Assembly: GCA_043801595.1 (NCBI GenBank) | Contig: JAZDLW010000019.1 | Span: 43,094 to 107,093, forward strand | Source of the DNA: Candidatus Aenigmatarchaeota archaeon | GTDB lineage: Archaea > Aenigmatarchaeota > Aenigmatarchaeia > JACPZZ01 | Length of the DNA stretch: 64,000 nucleotides | Direction: 5' to 3' | Shown here: piece after piece, positions 1 to 9,522 of the stretch | How positions within the stretch are numbered: position 1 is the first letter of the stretch | Layout of the letters: the number at the start of each line of letters is the position of its first letter | The notes under the pieces: generated by a model | Told to the model about the DNA's origin: nothing | Databases searched by the model: none | What the model saw: the letters and a program-made list of their open reading frames with translations, nothing else | Program-made: the position numbers and the translations under genes

Positions 1-1
1 C

Positions 2-619
2 GACAATGCGGAAGTTTCGCTGCTTAAGAATGAATTCTACTATGTCAAGGCAAAGAAAAAGGGTGACCGCGACATAATCGTTTTGATCGGCGACGCACAA
101 TCATTGGACCAGGTCGGGCATTACGAAATTGCCACAAAGATCCTCGATTTCGTGGCGGGATTCGGTTGCAAAGAGTTGTACACACTCGGCGGGTTCGGAA
201 CAGGCCAGATTGAAACGCAATCGCCAAAAGTTTTCGGCGCAATGTCGTCGCAGAAACTGAGAAAAAAACTTGAAAGTTTTGGAATAGATTTTGACGTTTC
301 ACCAAAGATCGGCACAATTGTCGGAGCTTCGGGCCTTCTGCTCGGGCTTGGAAAGCTAAGGGGAATGGAAGGCGTCTGCCTGATGGGCGAGACTGCGGGC
401 TTTCCGATTGTAACAGATCCGAAATCGGCGGAGGCTGTGTTAAGAGTGCTTGTAAAAATACTGGGTATCAAGCTTGACATGAAAGGGCTTGACCAGAGGG
501 TAAAGGAAATGGAGAGCTTCATAAACAAGGTTGAATCGCTGCAGAGAAAGGCGGTTGAAGAGATGCAAAGGGGCTCGCAAAAGGATGCGAAGGACGACCA
601 GCTCAGGTACATAGGCTAA
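2..619 (+). CDS. PAC2-family proteasome assembly chaperone (5'-truncated by window edge)
   Basis: Open frame from base 2; LYTLGGFGTG, IVGASGLLLG, CLMGET, DPKSA motifs and C-terminal YIG typical of archaeal PAC2/PbaB-like proteins. Confidence 0.85.
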   Translation, partial: DNAEVSLLKNEFYYVKAKKKGDRDIIVLIGDAQSLDQVGHYEIATKILDFVAGFGCKELYTLGGFGTGQIETQSPKVFGAMSSQKLRKKLESFGIDFDVSPKIGTIVGASGLLLGLGKLRGMEGVCLMGETAGFPIVTDPKSAEAVLRVLVKILGIKLDMKGLDQRVKEMESFINKVESLQRKAVEEMQRGSQKDAKDDQLRYIG

Positions 620-631
620 ACTTTTGGGACA

Positions 632-679
632 ACGGAAAGCAAAGCTTTCCGTGCATAGGAAATTCGATAATTTCCTATG
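632..679. repeat. 48-nt two-hairpin module, copy A (also 3097-3144 and inverted at 52305-52351)
   Basis: ACGGAAAGC-AAA-GCTTTCCGT followed directly by GCATAGGAAATT-CGAT-AATTTCCTATG. Confidence 0.7.
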
Positions 680-758
680 AAAGTTTAATCAAAAACGTCA
701 ATATTAAGCTTAAGAACATTGTTGTGCAGATTAATTGATTGCCTGAAGAGGATTTCTT

Positions 759-932
759 ATGGAATACACCAGATTCGAGAGGGTAAGGATAATCGGTGCA
801 AGAGCGCTGCAAATATCGCTCGGTGCGCCTGTCCTTATCAAAGACATTGATGAAATTGACCCTGTCAAGATCGCCATCAAGGAAATGGAACAGAACCTGA
901 TACCGATAACGGTCATAAGGCCGAAAGCTTAA
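759..932 (+). CDS. rpoK: DNA-directed RNA polymerase subunit K (Rpo6)
   Basis: Not in ORF track (57 aa); translates [24 protein letters not shown]...IAIKEM...IPITV, the Rpo6 signature; upstream of enolase as in the usual archaeal cluster. Confidence 0.95.
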   Translation: MEYTRFERVRIIGARALQISLGAPVLIKDIDEIDPVKIAIKEMEQNLIPITVIRPKA

Positions 933-987
933 TCAAATAAGCTTTTAAGAAAAGCTTAAGCAAAAACGGAAAAGTTTGATCAAAAAA
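924..987. repeat. Cluster of REP-like palindromic units (AAR(C)TTT-loop-AAAG(T/C)TT + RATCAAA tail)
   Basis: aaagcttaatcaaa, taagcttttaagaaaagctta, aaaagtttgatcaaaa; same motif at 618-694, 8531-8666, 9446-9490, 43265-43310, 50539-50568, 56306-56338. Confidence 0.7.
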
Positions 988-1018
988 TATTTATACGACC
1001 TGAAAACTAAACAGGTTT

Positions 1019-2191
1019 ATGATAAACGATTTGCGTTTTCTAAAGGTGCCCAATTCAAAGGCTGGCGAGTCTGTGGCGATACGCGCAAAGACGGACAAAT
1101 ATTACATGGCTTCGGTGCCGTCGGGGACGTCGAAAAGCGATTCCGAGGCTGTTGATCTTCCGCTTGACATTGTTGAAAAACGATTCTACGACATAAAGGA
1201 CAAGATCATCGGAATAGATGAAAACAATTTTGAAGCTGTTGACGATTTCTTAAAACAGGCGGACGGAACGAACAATTTCCGCAAGCTGGGCGGCAATTTA
1301 TCGCTGGCAATATCAATGGCAGTATTCCGCGCCGCTGCGAAGGGTGATATCTGGAAGCTGGTAAATCAGTTCGCATCAACATTCCCGTTTCCGATGGGAA
1401 ACGTAATCGGCGGGGGCAGCCACGGCGGCAATACGACAATACAGGAATTCCTGATAATTCCGGCAAAGGCGAGAACAATGGAAGAGGCGGTAGCGACGAA
1501 CAGGGAAATAAGAAAAACAGTCGGCGACCAGCTTGAGGCGAGAAACTGGTTAATTGCGACAAATACGGAGAACGCCTTTACGACAAAGCTCGACGACATG
1601 AAGACTCTTGAAATGCTTACCGCAATTGCGAAAAATTACGGTGCGTTGGTTGGTATCGACGTTGCGGCGTCGCAGTTCCATTTCAACGCGCGGTATTCCT
1701 ACGACGCGCTCGGCAAAAGCTTAAACCCAGTGCAGCAGCTTGAATTTATCCAAGAATTGATAAAGAACTACAAACTTTTCTATGTCGAAGATCCTTTGTA
1801 CGAAAAGGACTTCGACCACTTCGCGGAACTTACGAAAAGCGTGAAAGGCTGTATAATAGCGGGCGATGATTTGTACTCCACCAACAAAGCGCTGATTGCG
1901 AAAGGCATAGAAAAAAATTCAACCAACGGCGTGATAATCAAGCCAAACCAGTGCGGTACTGTATCGTCGGCGTTAGGCGCAGCGATGCTGGCAAAGAAAG
2001 CTGGATTTTGTTTAATCGCGTCGCACCGCTCAGTCGAAACAACGGATAACTGGATATCGGATTTTGCGGTCGGGTTAGGCGCGTCGCTGATAAAGACGGG
2101 GATAATCGGGAAAGAGCGCGAATCCAAACTTAACAGGCTCGCGGAAATATGGAACAAAATTGAAAAACCGAGAATGGCAAAGCTGTTTTAA
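1019..2191 (+). CDS. eno: Enolase (divergent, short)
   Basis: VPSGTS, NVIGGGSH, IQEFLI, DVAASQF, VEDPL, GDDL, IKPNQ, SHRS, IKTG motifs. Confidence 0.93.
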   Translation: MINDLRFLKVPNSKAGESVAIRAKTDKYYMASVPSGTSKSDSEAVDLPLDIVEKRFYDIKDKIIGIDENNFEAVDDFLKQADGTNNFRKLGGNLSLAISMAVFRAAAKGDIWKLVNQFASTFPFPMGNVIGGGSHGGNTTIQEFLIIPAKARTMEEAVATNREIRKTVGDQLEARNWLIATNTENAFTTKLDDMKTLEMLTAIAKNYGALVGIDVAASQFHFNARYSYDALGKSLNPVQQLEFIQELIKNYKLFYVEDPLYEKDFDHFAELTKSVKGCIIAGDDLYSTNKALIAKGIEKNSTNGVIIKPNQCGTVSSALGAAMLAKKAGFCLIASHRSVETTDNWISDFAVGLGASLIKTGIIGKERESKLNRLAEIWNKIEKPRMAKLF

Positions 2192-2265
2192 TTTTTTTAA
2201 AGGCAGTAGTTGGTCAACGGACATTCTGCATAACGCTTAAACCCTTAACTATCAACTAACTATCA

Positions 2266-3006
2266 GTGTTCCAGATGGCATCAAGACCTGAAATTATGGA
2301 AAGGCTCGTAATGCAGCCGGCAAGTTCCGTTTATCCGTTACTAGGAACGGCTTACAAAAGCGCGGGCAATAACATTGAGTATTCAATGCATCTTGTCATG
2401 ACGGGCAAGAGCTATTACGATTCCAAGCCGAAAGATGGAAGGATGTCAACGGCAGCCGAAGAGTTAGCGATCCAGCTTTCGCTGGAACGTGCTGGCCAAG
2501 ATCCGAAGAAAGTGGGCGTATTCAATGATTTGTTCGTAATAAATGATTCTTATTGGCGCGTGTGGCAATGGACAGCGACTGGTTTACGAATCCCGAAAGG
2601 ACGAGATCCGACTAAATACGAAACCGACGCAAAAGGAAGAAAATACTGGGCAAGGGAAGTACTGATAGGAAAAGACGTAATCGGTGAAATTCTCGTTCCC
2701 GAAGGCAATGGAAGAGTCGCTGTTGAATGGGACGAAGTTTTCGGATTGCCAAAAACAACGGACAACATCGATTTCCCGCACAAACCTTACACGACTCATT
2801 TTTGGTTTAACCAAACTCCCAGCAAAGACGGCAAATCCGGCCATTATGATGTCGCTGTCGGGCGTAGGGGCTTTTGGCTCCGCGATGTGGACAGGGGATG
2901 CCTCGCCGTCAACGCGCTCTACGCGCGTTCGGATGCGGGTTCGGATGACGGCTTCCGTCCGGTTCGGGGTTCGTTGCCGGAAATTAAAAATACTTCTGCA
3001 AAATAA
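2266..3006 (+). CDS. Hypothetical protein, probable C-type-lectin/FGE-fold DGR target
   Basis: VWQWT (cf. FGE VWEW) and terminal ...DDGFRPV; 3' segment 2851-2973 is strongly A-depleted with NNC/NNT codons. Confidence 0.55.
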   Translation: MFQMASRPEIMERLVMQPASSVYPLLGTAYKSAGNNIEYSMHLVMTGKSYYDSKPKDGRMSTAAEELAIQLSLERAGQDPKKVGVFNDLFVINDSYWRVWQWTATGLRIPKGRDPTKYETDAKGRKYWAREVLIGKDVIGEILVPEGNGRVAVEWDEVFGLPKTTDNIDFPHKPYTTHFWFNQTPSKDGKSGHYDVAVGRRGFWLRDVDRGCLAVNALYARSDAGSDDGFRPVRGSLPEIKNTSAK

Positions 3007-3096
3007 ATATTGTTTATTTTTCTAAACTCCGCAGCTTTCGCCGCCGCTCGTTTGCGGAATGAGGTTCTGCGCCTTCAATGGCTGATAAACATTTCT

Positions 3097-3144
3097 ACGG
3101 AAACCATTTGTTTCCGTGCAGAGGAAATGACAGCTTTTCCTCTG
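3097..3144. repeat. 48-nt two-hairpin module, copy B
   Basis: ACGGAAAC-CATTT-GTTTCCGT + GCAGAGGAAA-TGACAGCT-TTTCCTCTG; compensatory change relative to copy A. Confidence 0.7.
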
Positions 3145-3191
3145 TCGCGCATCGAAGAACCTATTTAAATACCACCCTATTATCTGTATTG

Positions 3192-3920
3192 ATGCAAGAG
3201 GATCTTTTGATTCCAAGGGCGGAATACCTGTCAGCCGGCGTACATATCGGGATGAGGCAGCGCACGGAAGATATGAAGGAGTTCATTTTCAAGATACGAT
3301 CCGATGGTTTAGCTGTTCTTGACATCAAAAAACTGGATGACAGAATCCGAGTTGCTGCGAAATTCCTCGCAAGCAGAAAGAGTATGCTCATAGTTTCGCG
3401 AAGAGGCGTCGGAATGAAGGCGGCTGAGAAATTTGCAGAGCTCACGGGCGGAAAAGCGATAACAGGACGGTTTTTTCCGGGCACGCTGACAAACCCGGCG
3501 TATGAAAAATTCTTCCAGCCGGATGTTGTGATCGCTATGGATCCTTTGGTTGATGCGCAGGCCGTTGTCGAGGCTGTCGACGAAAGAATACCTGTCGTTG
3601 CTTTGTGTGACACGTTCAATGAAACCAAGAATCTGGATCTTATACTGCCGACGAATAACAAGGGAAAGCGCGCACTAGCGCTGATATTCTGGCTTCTCAC
3701 ACGGGAAACTATGAAATTGAAAGGGCTGGTAAAGTCTGACGAAGAATACGCCTCGATGATAGCGGAAAAGGTCAAAGCGGAAACGCCCGGACTCAAACCC
3801 GATGCTGCGGTAGACGGCGTAACTTATTTCGAAGGCGTCGAAACGTATGAGGACAGGGCAAAAGAAGAGAATAAGTACGAAAGAAAAGGCAAGCCTGGAA
3901 GAAGGAATCAGAGGCGTTAA
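3192..3920 (+). CDS. rps2: 30S ribosomal protein S2 (uS2)
   Basis: YLSAGVHIG, GRFFPGTLTNP, IPVVALCDT, PTNNKG; ATG 3192 lies about 22 nt after TATTTAAATA (leaderless). Confidence 0.97.
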   Translation: MQEDLLIPRAEYLSAGVHIGMRQRTEDMKEFIFKIRSDGLAVLDIKKLDDRIRVAAKFLASRKSMLIVSRRGVGMKAAEKFAELTGGKAITGRFFPGTLTNPAYEKFFQPDVVIAMDPLVDAQAVVEAVDERIPVVALCDTFNETKNLDLILPTNNKGKRALALIFWLLTRETMKLKGLVKSDEEYASMIAEKVKAETPGLKPDAAVDGVTYFEGVETYEDRAKEENKYERKGKPGRRNQRR

Positions 3921-3953
3921 AACAATATTATTCTAGTTGCATCAACTGATGTA

Positions 3954-5675
3954 GTGGTAATTATGGACGATATACGAAAAGCGGCGAAAAAGTACGCTTT
4001 GCAGAATGCCGTATTCTTTGGCGGCAAAGCCAACATGGGCGCTGTGATAGGAAAGATAATGGCTGACAAACCAACGCCGAAGGACAGGATCAAAGATATA
4101 CAGGCTGTTGCAAGAGAGGAAGTTGAAACCGTTAATCGTATGTCCGCTGACGACCAGCGAAGGGAGCTTGCGTTGATCGATCCTTCACTGCTCGAGAAAA
4201 AGGAAAAGGAGCAGCGCAAGGGTCTTCCGGAACTTTTGAACGCGATAAAAGGAAAAGTCGTAACGCGTTTCCCGCCGGAGCCGAACGGATATCCTCATCT
4301 GGGCCATGCAAAGGCCGCGATAATAGGCGAAACCTATGCAAGGATGTACGACGGCAAATTCATTCTGCGTTTCGACGACACCAACCCGCTAAAAGAAAAG
4401 AGGGAATATTACGACGCTATAAAGCTTGGAACAGATTGGCTCGGCATAAAATTTGACAGGATAAAAAACACTTCCGATGACATGGAAAAAATTTACAAAT
4501 ATGCGGAAAAACTGGTCAACGACGGAAACGCTTATGTCTGCTTTTGCAAAATGGAGGATATGCGGAAAAACAGGGCGGAGATGCGGGAATGCGAATGCAG
4601 AAACGCCGACACAAAAAAAACGAAAGAAAACTGGAAAATGATGTTTTCAAAACTGATGCCGAACGAGGCGATACTGCGATTAAAAACCGATATCGCGAAC
4701 GTAAACACGGCTGTTCGGGATCCGACGTTATTCAGGATAATCGACCACGATCATCCGTTGCAACGAAAAAAATACAGGGTGTGGCCGACATACGATTTTT
4801 CGGTCGCGATAGAAGACCATATCGACGGCATAACGCATGCGATGCGCACGAAGGAATACGAATTAAGAGACGAATTATATTTCACGCTGATAAAACTGCT
4901 CAACCTCAATAAACCCGAATTAATAGAATTTTCCAGGCTTGAGATGGAGAACGCGCCGTTGTCGAAAAGAAAAATAAACCCACTGATTGATAAAAAGCTT
5001 GTTGAAGGCTGGGACGATCCACGATTACCTACGTTAGCAGGATTGTGCAGGCGCGGTTTTCTTCCAGAAGCGATAAGGGAGTTTGTAATCTCGCTCGGTA
5101 TTGCGAAGACGGAGGCTGTGATAAAATGGGAAGCGCTTGAAAGCATTAACCGAAAAGTTCTGGACCCAATGGTCAACAGGTATTATTTTGTTCCGGATCC
5201 TATTCGCGTCGAGATAAAAGGCGCTCCATTGGTTGTTAAATCGGACGCACCACTACACCCTTTGAAAAAGGACAATAAGAGTTACGAGTTCAAGGGACCG
5301 GATTTTTATGTTTACATTTCCGGCGATGACGCCAAAGTTATGCGGAAAGACGACAATGTCAGGTTGATGCATTTGTTCAATATTGTAATTACAAAAATAG
5401 GCGAAAAATACATGGAGGCGAAATATGCCGGCGACGACAAGGCTGCGAAAAAAATACACTGGGCGCCGCAAAATTCCATCCGTGTGTCCCTTCGCACATT
5501 CGAGCCGCTGTTTATCAACGAAGAATTTAACAAAAACAGCCTTGCAATAAGGGAAGGTTTGCTGGAACCGCACGGCCAAATCATCAACGAAGGAGAGCGT
5601 GTGCAGTTCGAACGCATGTGTTTTGCAATACTGGACGATAAAAAATCGATGACGTTCAATATGATACACAGGTGA
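3954..5675 (+). CDS. gltX: Glutamate--tRNA ligase (archaeal type)
   Basis: TRFPPEPNGYPHLGH, RFDDTNP, PTYDF, LSKRK, GWDDPRLPT, QFER. Confidence 0.96.
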   Translation: MVIMDDIRKAAKKYALQNAVFFGGKANMGAVIGKIMADKPTPKDRIKDIQAVAREEVETVNRMSADDQRRELALIDPSLLEKKEKEQRKGLPELLNAIKGKVVTRFPPEPNGYPHLGHAKAAIIGETYARMYDGKFILRFDDTNPLKEKREYYDAIKLGTDWLGIKFDRIKNTSDDMEKIYKYAEKLVNDGNAYVCFCKMEDMRKNRAEMRECECRNADTKKTKENWKMMFSKLMPNEAILRLKTDIANVNTAVRDPTLFRIIDHDHPLQRKKYRVWPTYDFSVAIEDHIDGITHAMRTKEYELRDELYFTLIKLLNLNKPELIEFSRLEMENAPLSKRKINPLIDKKLVEGWDDPRLPTLAGLCRRGFLPEAIREFVISLGIAKTEAVIKWEALESINRKVLDPMVNRYYFVPDPIRVEIKGAPLVVKSDAPLHPLKKDNKSYEFKGPDFYVYISGDDAKVMRKDDNVRLMHLFNIVITKIGEKYMEAKYAGDDKAAKKIHWAPQNSIRVSLRTFEPLFINEEFNKNSLAIREGLLEPHGQIINEGERVQFERMCFAILDDKKSMTFNMIHR

Positions 5676-5931
5676 CGCTAGTTTTATTTAGGAATACCAT
5701 AACCGAACAGCTTAAAAGCTTAGCAGGTTGCACAAGTTGAATATACGGGACTAAGAGTGCAACTATCCATGTGTTTCAATTCAAAGATAACGCTGAAACA
5801 GCCTAGCAACCTTTTTATATCTATCCGCGTCAATTAACTGATGTCTTAAACGTGCTAAGGGCGCGTTTCTGATTAACCAATGAATGTATGTGGGCATTTG
5901 TAATGCAAATGCCTGAATGGAGGTTGTGAAT

Positions 5932-6297
5932 ATGACAGTTGAAAAGAAATTCGTTGTTCCGAAGGAACTTGTTAACAAGGTATACGAAGCTATAGAACTT
6001 GCAAAAACTTCTGGCAAAATACGCAAGGGAACGAACGAGACGACAAAATCCATTGAGCGAGGCGAGTCGAAGCTTGTTGTAATTGCCGAAGACGTGGATC
6101 CCGCGGAAATAGTGATGCACCTTCCGGTTATCTGTTCAGAGAAGCGGGTGCCGTTTATCTATGTTCCGAACAAAGTCGAACTGGGCAAGGCTTCTGGTGT
6201 TGATGTAGGGACAGCCGCGGTTTCGATAGCCGAAGCAGGCGATGCAGCTTCGGTTTTAAAAGAAATACTCGAAGGATTGTCCAAGGTAAAAAAGTAA
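5932..6297 (+). CDS. rpl7ae: 50S ribosomal protein L7Ae
   Basis: KIRKGTNETTKSIERG, IAEDVDP, ELGKASG; GGAGG SD before ATG 5932. Confidence 0.97.
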   Translation: MTVEKKFVVPKELVNKVYEAIELAKTSGKIRKGTNETTKSIERGESKLVVIAEDVDPAEIVMHLPVICSEKRVPFIYVPNKVELGKASGVDVGTAAVSIAEAGDAASVLKEILEGLSKVKK

Positions 6298-6311
6298 TGA
6301 CGTGATTACGT

Positions 6312-6524
6312 ATGGCAAACGAACCAACACCGGCTGAAATTGTTCAACTACTCGGGCGAACAGGCGTCAGAGGCGTAACGCAAGTGAGATGCAAACTCAT
6401 TGATGGTAAAGACGCAGGGAAAGTGCTCGTAAGAAACGTGACAGGTCCTGTGAGACTTGGCGATATAATCATGCTTAGAGAGACGGAAATGGAATTCGCC
6501 GGCGAAATGAGAGGGCGACGCTGA
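6312..6524 (+). CDS. rps28e: 30S ribosomal protein S28e
   Basis: [14 protein letters not shown]...[19 protein letters not shown]. Confidence 0.96.
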   Translation: MANEPTPAEIVQLLGRTGVRGVTQVRCKLIDGKDAGKVLVRNVTGPVRLGDIIMLRETEMEFAGEMRGRR

Positions 6525-6700
6525 TGAAATGCTCTTTTTGCGGGAATGATATCATTGCCGGCACGGGCAAAACGATTGTTAGGAAAGACGGTTCGCTGTC
6601 CAACTTCTGCAACACAAAGTGCGAAAGAAATTTCAACATGCGCGACCCAGTGAACGTAAAATGGACAAACGCTGCGAAAAAAGCCTCGAACAAAGAGTAA
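6524..6700 (+). CDS. rpl24e: 50S ribosomal protein L24e
   Basis: Not in ORF track (58 aa); [33 protein letters not shown]...KWT; TGATG overlap with rps28e. Confidence 0.95.
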   Translation: MKCSFCGNDIIAGTGKTIVRKDGSLSNFCNTKCERNFNMRDPVNVKWTNAAKKASNKE

Positions 6701-6706
6701 TCCCGT

Positions 6707-7360
6707 ATGTTTGTTAAAATCGGGGCCGAGGCGACTGTCAAAACCGTTGATTTTGACAATATGGACGCTGTTCTTAAAGAGCGAATAAGGAAAAACTACA
6801 GGATAAACGAACTCGACGAAAAGCTGCGTTCACAGCGCACACGGACAGAAGCGAAAATAACCGGAGAAGCGCGGCGTGCGGGCGTTAATACGCCGATGGT
6901 TTTCCAGACCGAAGAAAAAAACTATAAAATCTTTTTCGAAAGAATAAACGGAAAAACGCTGAAAGCCTGCGTCAATAGCGGAAACCGTGAAAAAGTTTCC
7001 ATTATCGCGGAAAAATGGGGAGAAGCGGTCGGAAAGCTCCATGTCGCGAATATCATACACGGCGATTTAACAACGTCGAATTCGATAGTGCATGACAACA
7101 AAATTTATATGATAGATTTCGGGCTTTCGTTTTTCTCTTCCCGCGAGGAAGATAAAGCGGAGGATATAAACCTGCTACGACAATCGTTAGACGCCACGCA
7201 CAACCGCGTTTTCGAAGCGGTGTGGGGCGCCTTTGTCGCCGGTTATCTCAGGTATGGAAACGAAAAAACGCTGGAGCGGGCTTCGGAAATCGCGGCAAGG
7301 GGAAGGTATGTTACAGACAGAAAAAAAGGCCGAAAGCCTTTAAAAATAACGGATGCGTGA
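6707..7360 (+). CDS. bud32: KEOPS complex kinase Bud32
   Basis: GAEA, KERIRKNYR, IIHGDLTTSN, IDFGL, RGRY. Confidence 0.93.
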   Translation: MFVKIGAEATVKTVDFDNMDAVLKERIRKNYRINELDEKLRSQRTRTEAKITGEARRAGVNTPMVFQTEEKNYKIFFERINGKTLKACVNSGNREKVSIIAEKWGEAVGKLHVANIIHGDLTTSNSIVHDNKIYMIDFGLSFFSSREEDKAEDINLLRQSLDATHNRVFEAVWGAFVAGYLRYGNEKTLERASEIAARGRYVTDRKKGRKPLKITDA

Positions 7361-7604
7361 TAATTTCGTGAAAAACATAAAAAAGCTCATAAAAGGCGAA
7401 AAGCCCGAATTGGGAGCGGTTGCAGAAGAGGCGTTAATCGCGACATTGATAACCGGCGCTGTGCTTGTTGTTATCGGTGTCGTACTTTCATCGTTTATGC
7501 CAATCGGTATTGCGCCTTTAATGGCGATGTCTGGAGCTTTATTAAGCTTCCTATCATTAATCTTTATGATCACTTTTTGGTTCAGCCAAGAAGGGTTCAA
7601 ATAA
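7353..7604 (+). CDS. Small two-TM membrane protein
   Basis: Two hydrophobic segments; overlaps bud32 stop. Confidence 0.6.
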   Translation: MRDNFVKNIKKLIKGEKPELGAVAEEALIATLITGAVLVVIGVVLSSFMPIGIAPLMAMSGALLSFLSLIFMITFWFSQEGFK

Positions 7605-7712
7605 GCCTTTTCTTTTAAAAAAGAAAAGCCTTAATGGAAAAGAAAAACAACCACAAGGGTCGGCGAACATATATAATTGTTGAGCCACTAAGATTTGATT
7701 TACGTGTCTAAA

Positions 7713-8660
7713 ATGGAAGAGAAAAATAAGGAAACGGTCGAAAAGGAAAAACCGGCAGAAGCCGAAAAGGCGGTAGAAAACGTTGTCGAAACCGCCCCGG
7801 TCGAAGCGCCGATCGCAGAGGCGATTACGCCGGCCGCTCCTACAGTCGAGATAACGCCGGAAGACGTTAAAGCGTTCATGCCGTCACTTGAAAACTGGAA
7901 ACCAAAAACAAAGCTCGGAAAAGAGGTCATGGAAGGCAAGCAGGATAACATTTATAAAATTCTTGAAAACGGCGTCAAGATCAAGGAATTTCAGATTGTC
8001 GACAAGCTTGTACCAGATCTGGGAAATGAAATAATCTATATCGGCGGTTCTCCGGGAAAAGGCGGTGGCAGTCAGAGAACCATCACGAAAAAAACCGCCA
8101 GAATGCATAAATCAGGGCGCAGATTCAGACTTTCGTCGCTCGTTGTTGTCGGTAACGGCAACGGAATAGTCGGCATCGGACAAGGCACGGGAAAGGAACA
8201 CAGGAATGCCATTGAGAAGGCAGTTGAACATGCGAAACTTAATCTTGTTACCATTCGCAGGGGTTGCGGTTCATGGCAGTGTGCGTGCGGACAGGCCCAT
8301 TCGTTTGCAACAAAGGCAGTCGGACGTTCAGGATCAGTAACAGTTGAATTCCGGCCTGCACCAAGAGGAACAGGGCTTGTAACAAGCGATGATTTGAAGA
8401 AAGTCCTGAAGTCGGTTGGGATAAAAGATGCATGGTGCCGGACAAGCGGAAACACCGCGTCAAGGACGAATCTAATAAAAGCAGGGTTCAATGCGCTGAA
8501 AAGCATGAACAATATGAAAACCGTTTCAAATGACCTTTTTTTAAAAGGTCAATCAAAAGAGAATGAAAAAGTTCAATCAAATAAACTTTCTTCGGAAGAA
8601 AGTTTAATCAAAGAAGCTTTGGAAAAAGGTAAATCAAATAAGCCTTTGGAAAAGGCTTAA
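7713..8660 (+). CDS. rps5: 30S ribosomal protein S5 (uS5) with N- and C-terminal extensions
   Basis: WKPKTKLG, RMHKSGRR, VVVGNGNG, RRGCGSWQC, PAPRGTG; tail encoded by palindromic repeats. Confidence 0.96.
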   Translation: MEEKNKETVEKEKPAEAEKAVENVVETAPVEAPIAEAITPAAPTVEITPEDVKAFMPSLENWKPKTKLGKEVMEGKQDNIYKILENGVKIKEFQIVDKLVPDLGNEIIYIGGSPGKGGGSQRTITKKTARMHKSGRRFRLSSLVVVGNGNGIVGIGQGTGKEHRNAIEKAVEHAKLNLVTIRRGCGSWQCACGQAHSFATKAVGRSGSVTVEFRPAPRGTGLVTSDDLKKVLKSVGIKDAWCRTSGNTASRTNLIKAGFNALKSMNNMKTVSNDLFLKGQSKENEKVQSNKLSSEESLIKEALEKGKSNKPLEKA

Positions 8661-8676
8661 GCGAAAAGTGATAAAA

Positions 8677-9021
8677 ATGTACATTGCAATAAGATTGCGC
8701 GGACATGCGGGGACAAACCAAGACATTGACGAGACTATGGATTTTCTCGGGCTAAAGGCGCCTAATAATTGTGTTGTGGTCGAAGAAAACGCGGTCATGA
8801 AAGGAATGCTGCACAAGGCAAAGGATTACATTGCGTGGGGAGAGGCCGACGAAAAGACAGTGGAGCAGTTGCGTGCGATTGCCAAGGACAAAGACGGAAA
8901 AATAATTATCAGGTTCAGCCCGCCTTCAAAGGGGTTCAAGAACCTCAAGGAGCATTACCCGAAAGGCGCGCTGGGATATTACGGGAAAAAAATAAACGAT
9001 TTTGTGCAGATCTTCATCTAA
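8677..9021 (+). CDS. rpl30: 50S ribosomal protein L30 (uL30)
   Basis: IAIRLRG, GMLHKAKDYIAWGE, RFSPPSKGF, GALGYYG; position between rps5 and rpl15. Confidence 0.93.
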   Translation: MYIAIRLRGHAGTNQDIDETMDFLGLKAPNNCVVVEENAVMKGMLHKAKDYIAWGEADEKTVEQLRAIAKDKDGKIIIRFSPPSKGFKNLKEHYPKGALGYYGKKINDFVQIFI

Positions 9022-9044
9022 CGCAAAAGAGAATGGTGTGGAAA

Positions 9045-9437
9045 ATGGCAAGAAAAGAAAAAAAGAACAAAAAGTTCAGAGGGCTCCATACACACGGTCA
9101 CGGGAACAAGAAAAAGTGGAGAGGCGGCGGGTCGCGCGGCGGGCGCGGTTTTGCCGGAAAATACCATCATAAAAAAACGTGGGCGATCAGATGGGGAGAG
9201 GTCAATGTCAAAAAGGGATTCACATCAATAGGGCGTGAAACAAAGAAAACCATAAACGTCGGCGATATAGAGGATGTTGCAAACGGCAAAAATTCCGTCA
9301 ATTTATCAGAGCTGGGTTACGGCAAGGTGCTCGGATCCGGAAAGATAACAAAGGCGGTTAAAGTCGAGGCGCCGCAATTTTCGAAGTCCGCAAAAGAAAA
9401 GATAGAAAAGGCTGGCGGCCAGGCAATAGAAGCCTAG
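9045..9437 (+). CDS. rpl15: 50S ribosomal protein L15 (uL15)
   Basis: RGLHTHGHG, RGGGSRGGRGFAG, GYGKVLGSG, AKEKIEKAGG. Confidence 0.96.
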   Translation: MARKEKKNKKFRGLHTHGHGNKKKWRGGGSRGGRGFAGKYHHKKTWAIRWGEVNVKKGFTSIGRETKKTINVGDIEDVANGKNSVNLSELGYGKVLGSGKITKAVKVEAPQFSKSAKEKIEKAGGQAIEA

Positions 9438-9522
9438 TTAATGGAAAAAGCTTAATCAAACAAACTTTTAAGAAAAGTTTGATCAAAAAAGCGAAGGCTG
9501 GTAACAATGACGAGGTATTACG

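Noticed and set aside
3053..3098. Fluoride-riboswitch-like sequence (GCGGAATGAGGTTCTGC...GCTGATAAACATTTCTAC)
   Set aside because: 3' segment deviates from the GCUGAUGACxxCUAC consensus by insertions, the pseudoknot would be GU-weak, and rps2 has its own TATA downstream; needs a covariance-model score
8769..9044. N-terminal extension of uL15 in the ORF track (likewise 3078-3191 for uS2, 59952-60056 and 59020-59112)
   Set aside because: Upstream in-frame open sequence overlapping other genes or promoters; conserved proteins start at the later ATGs
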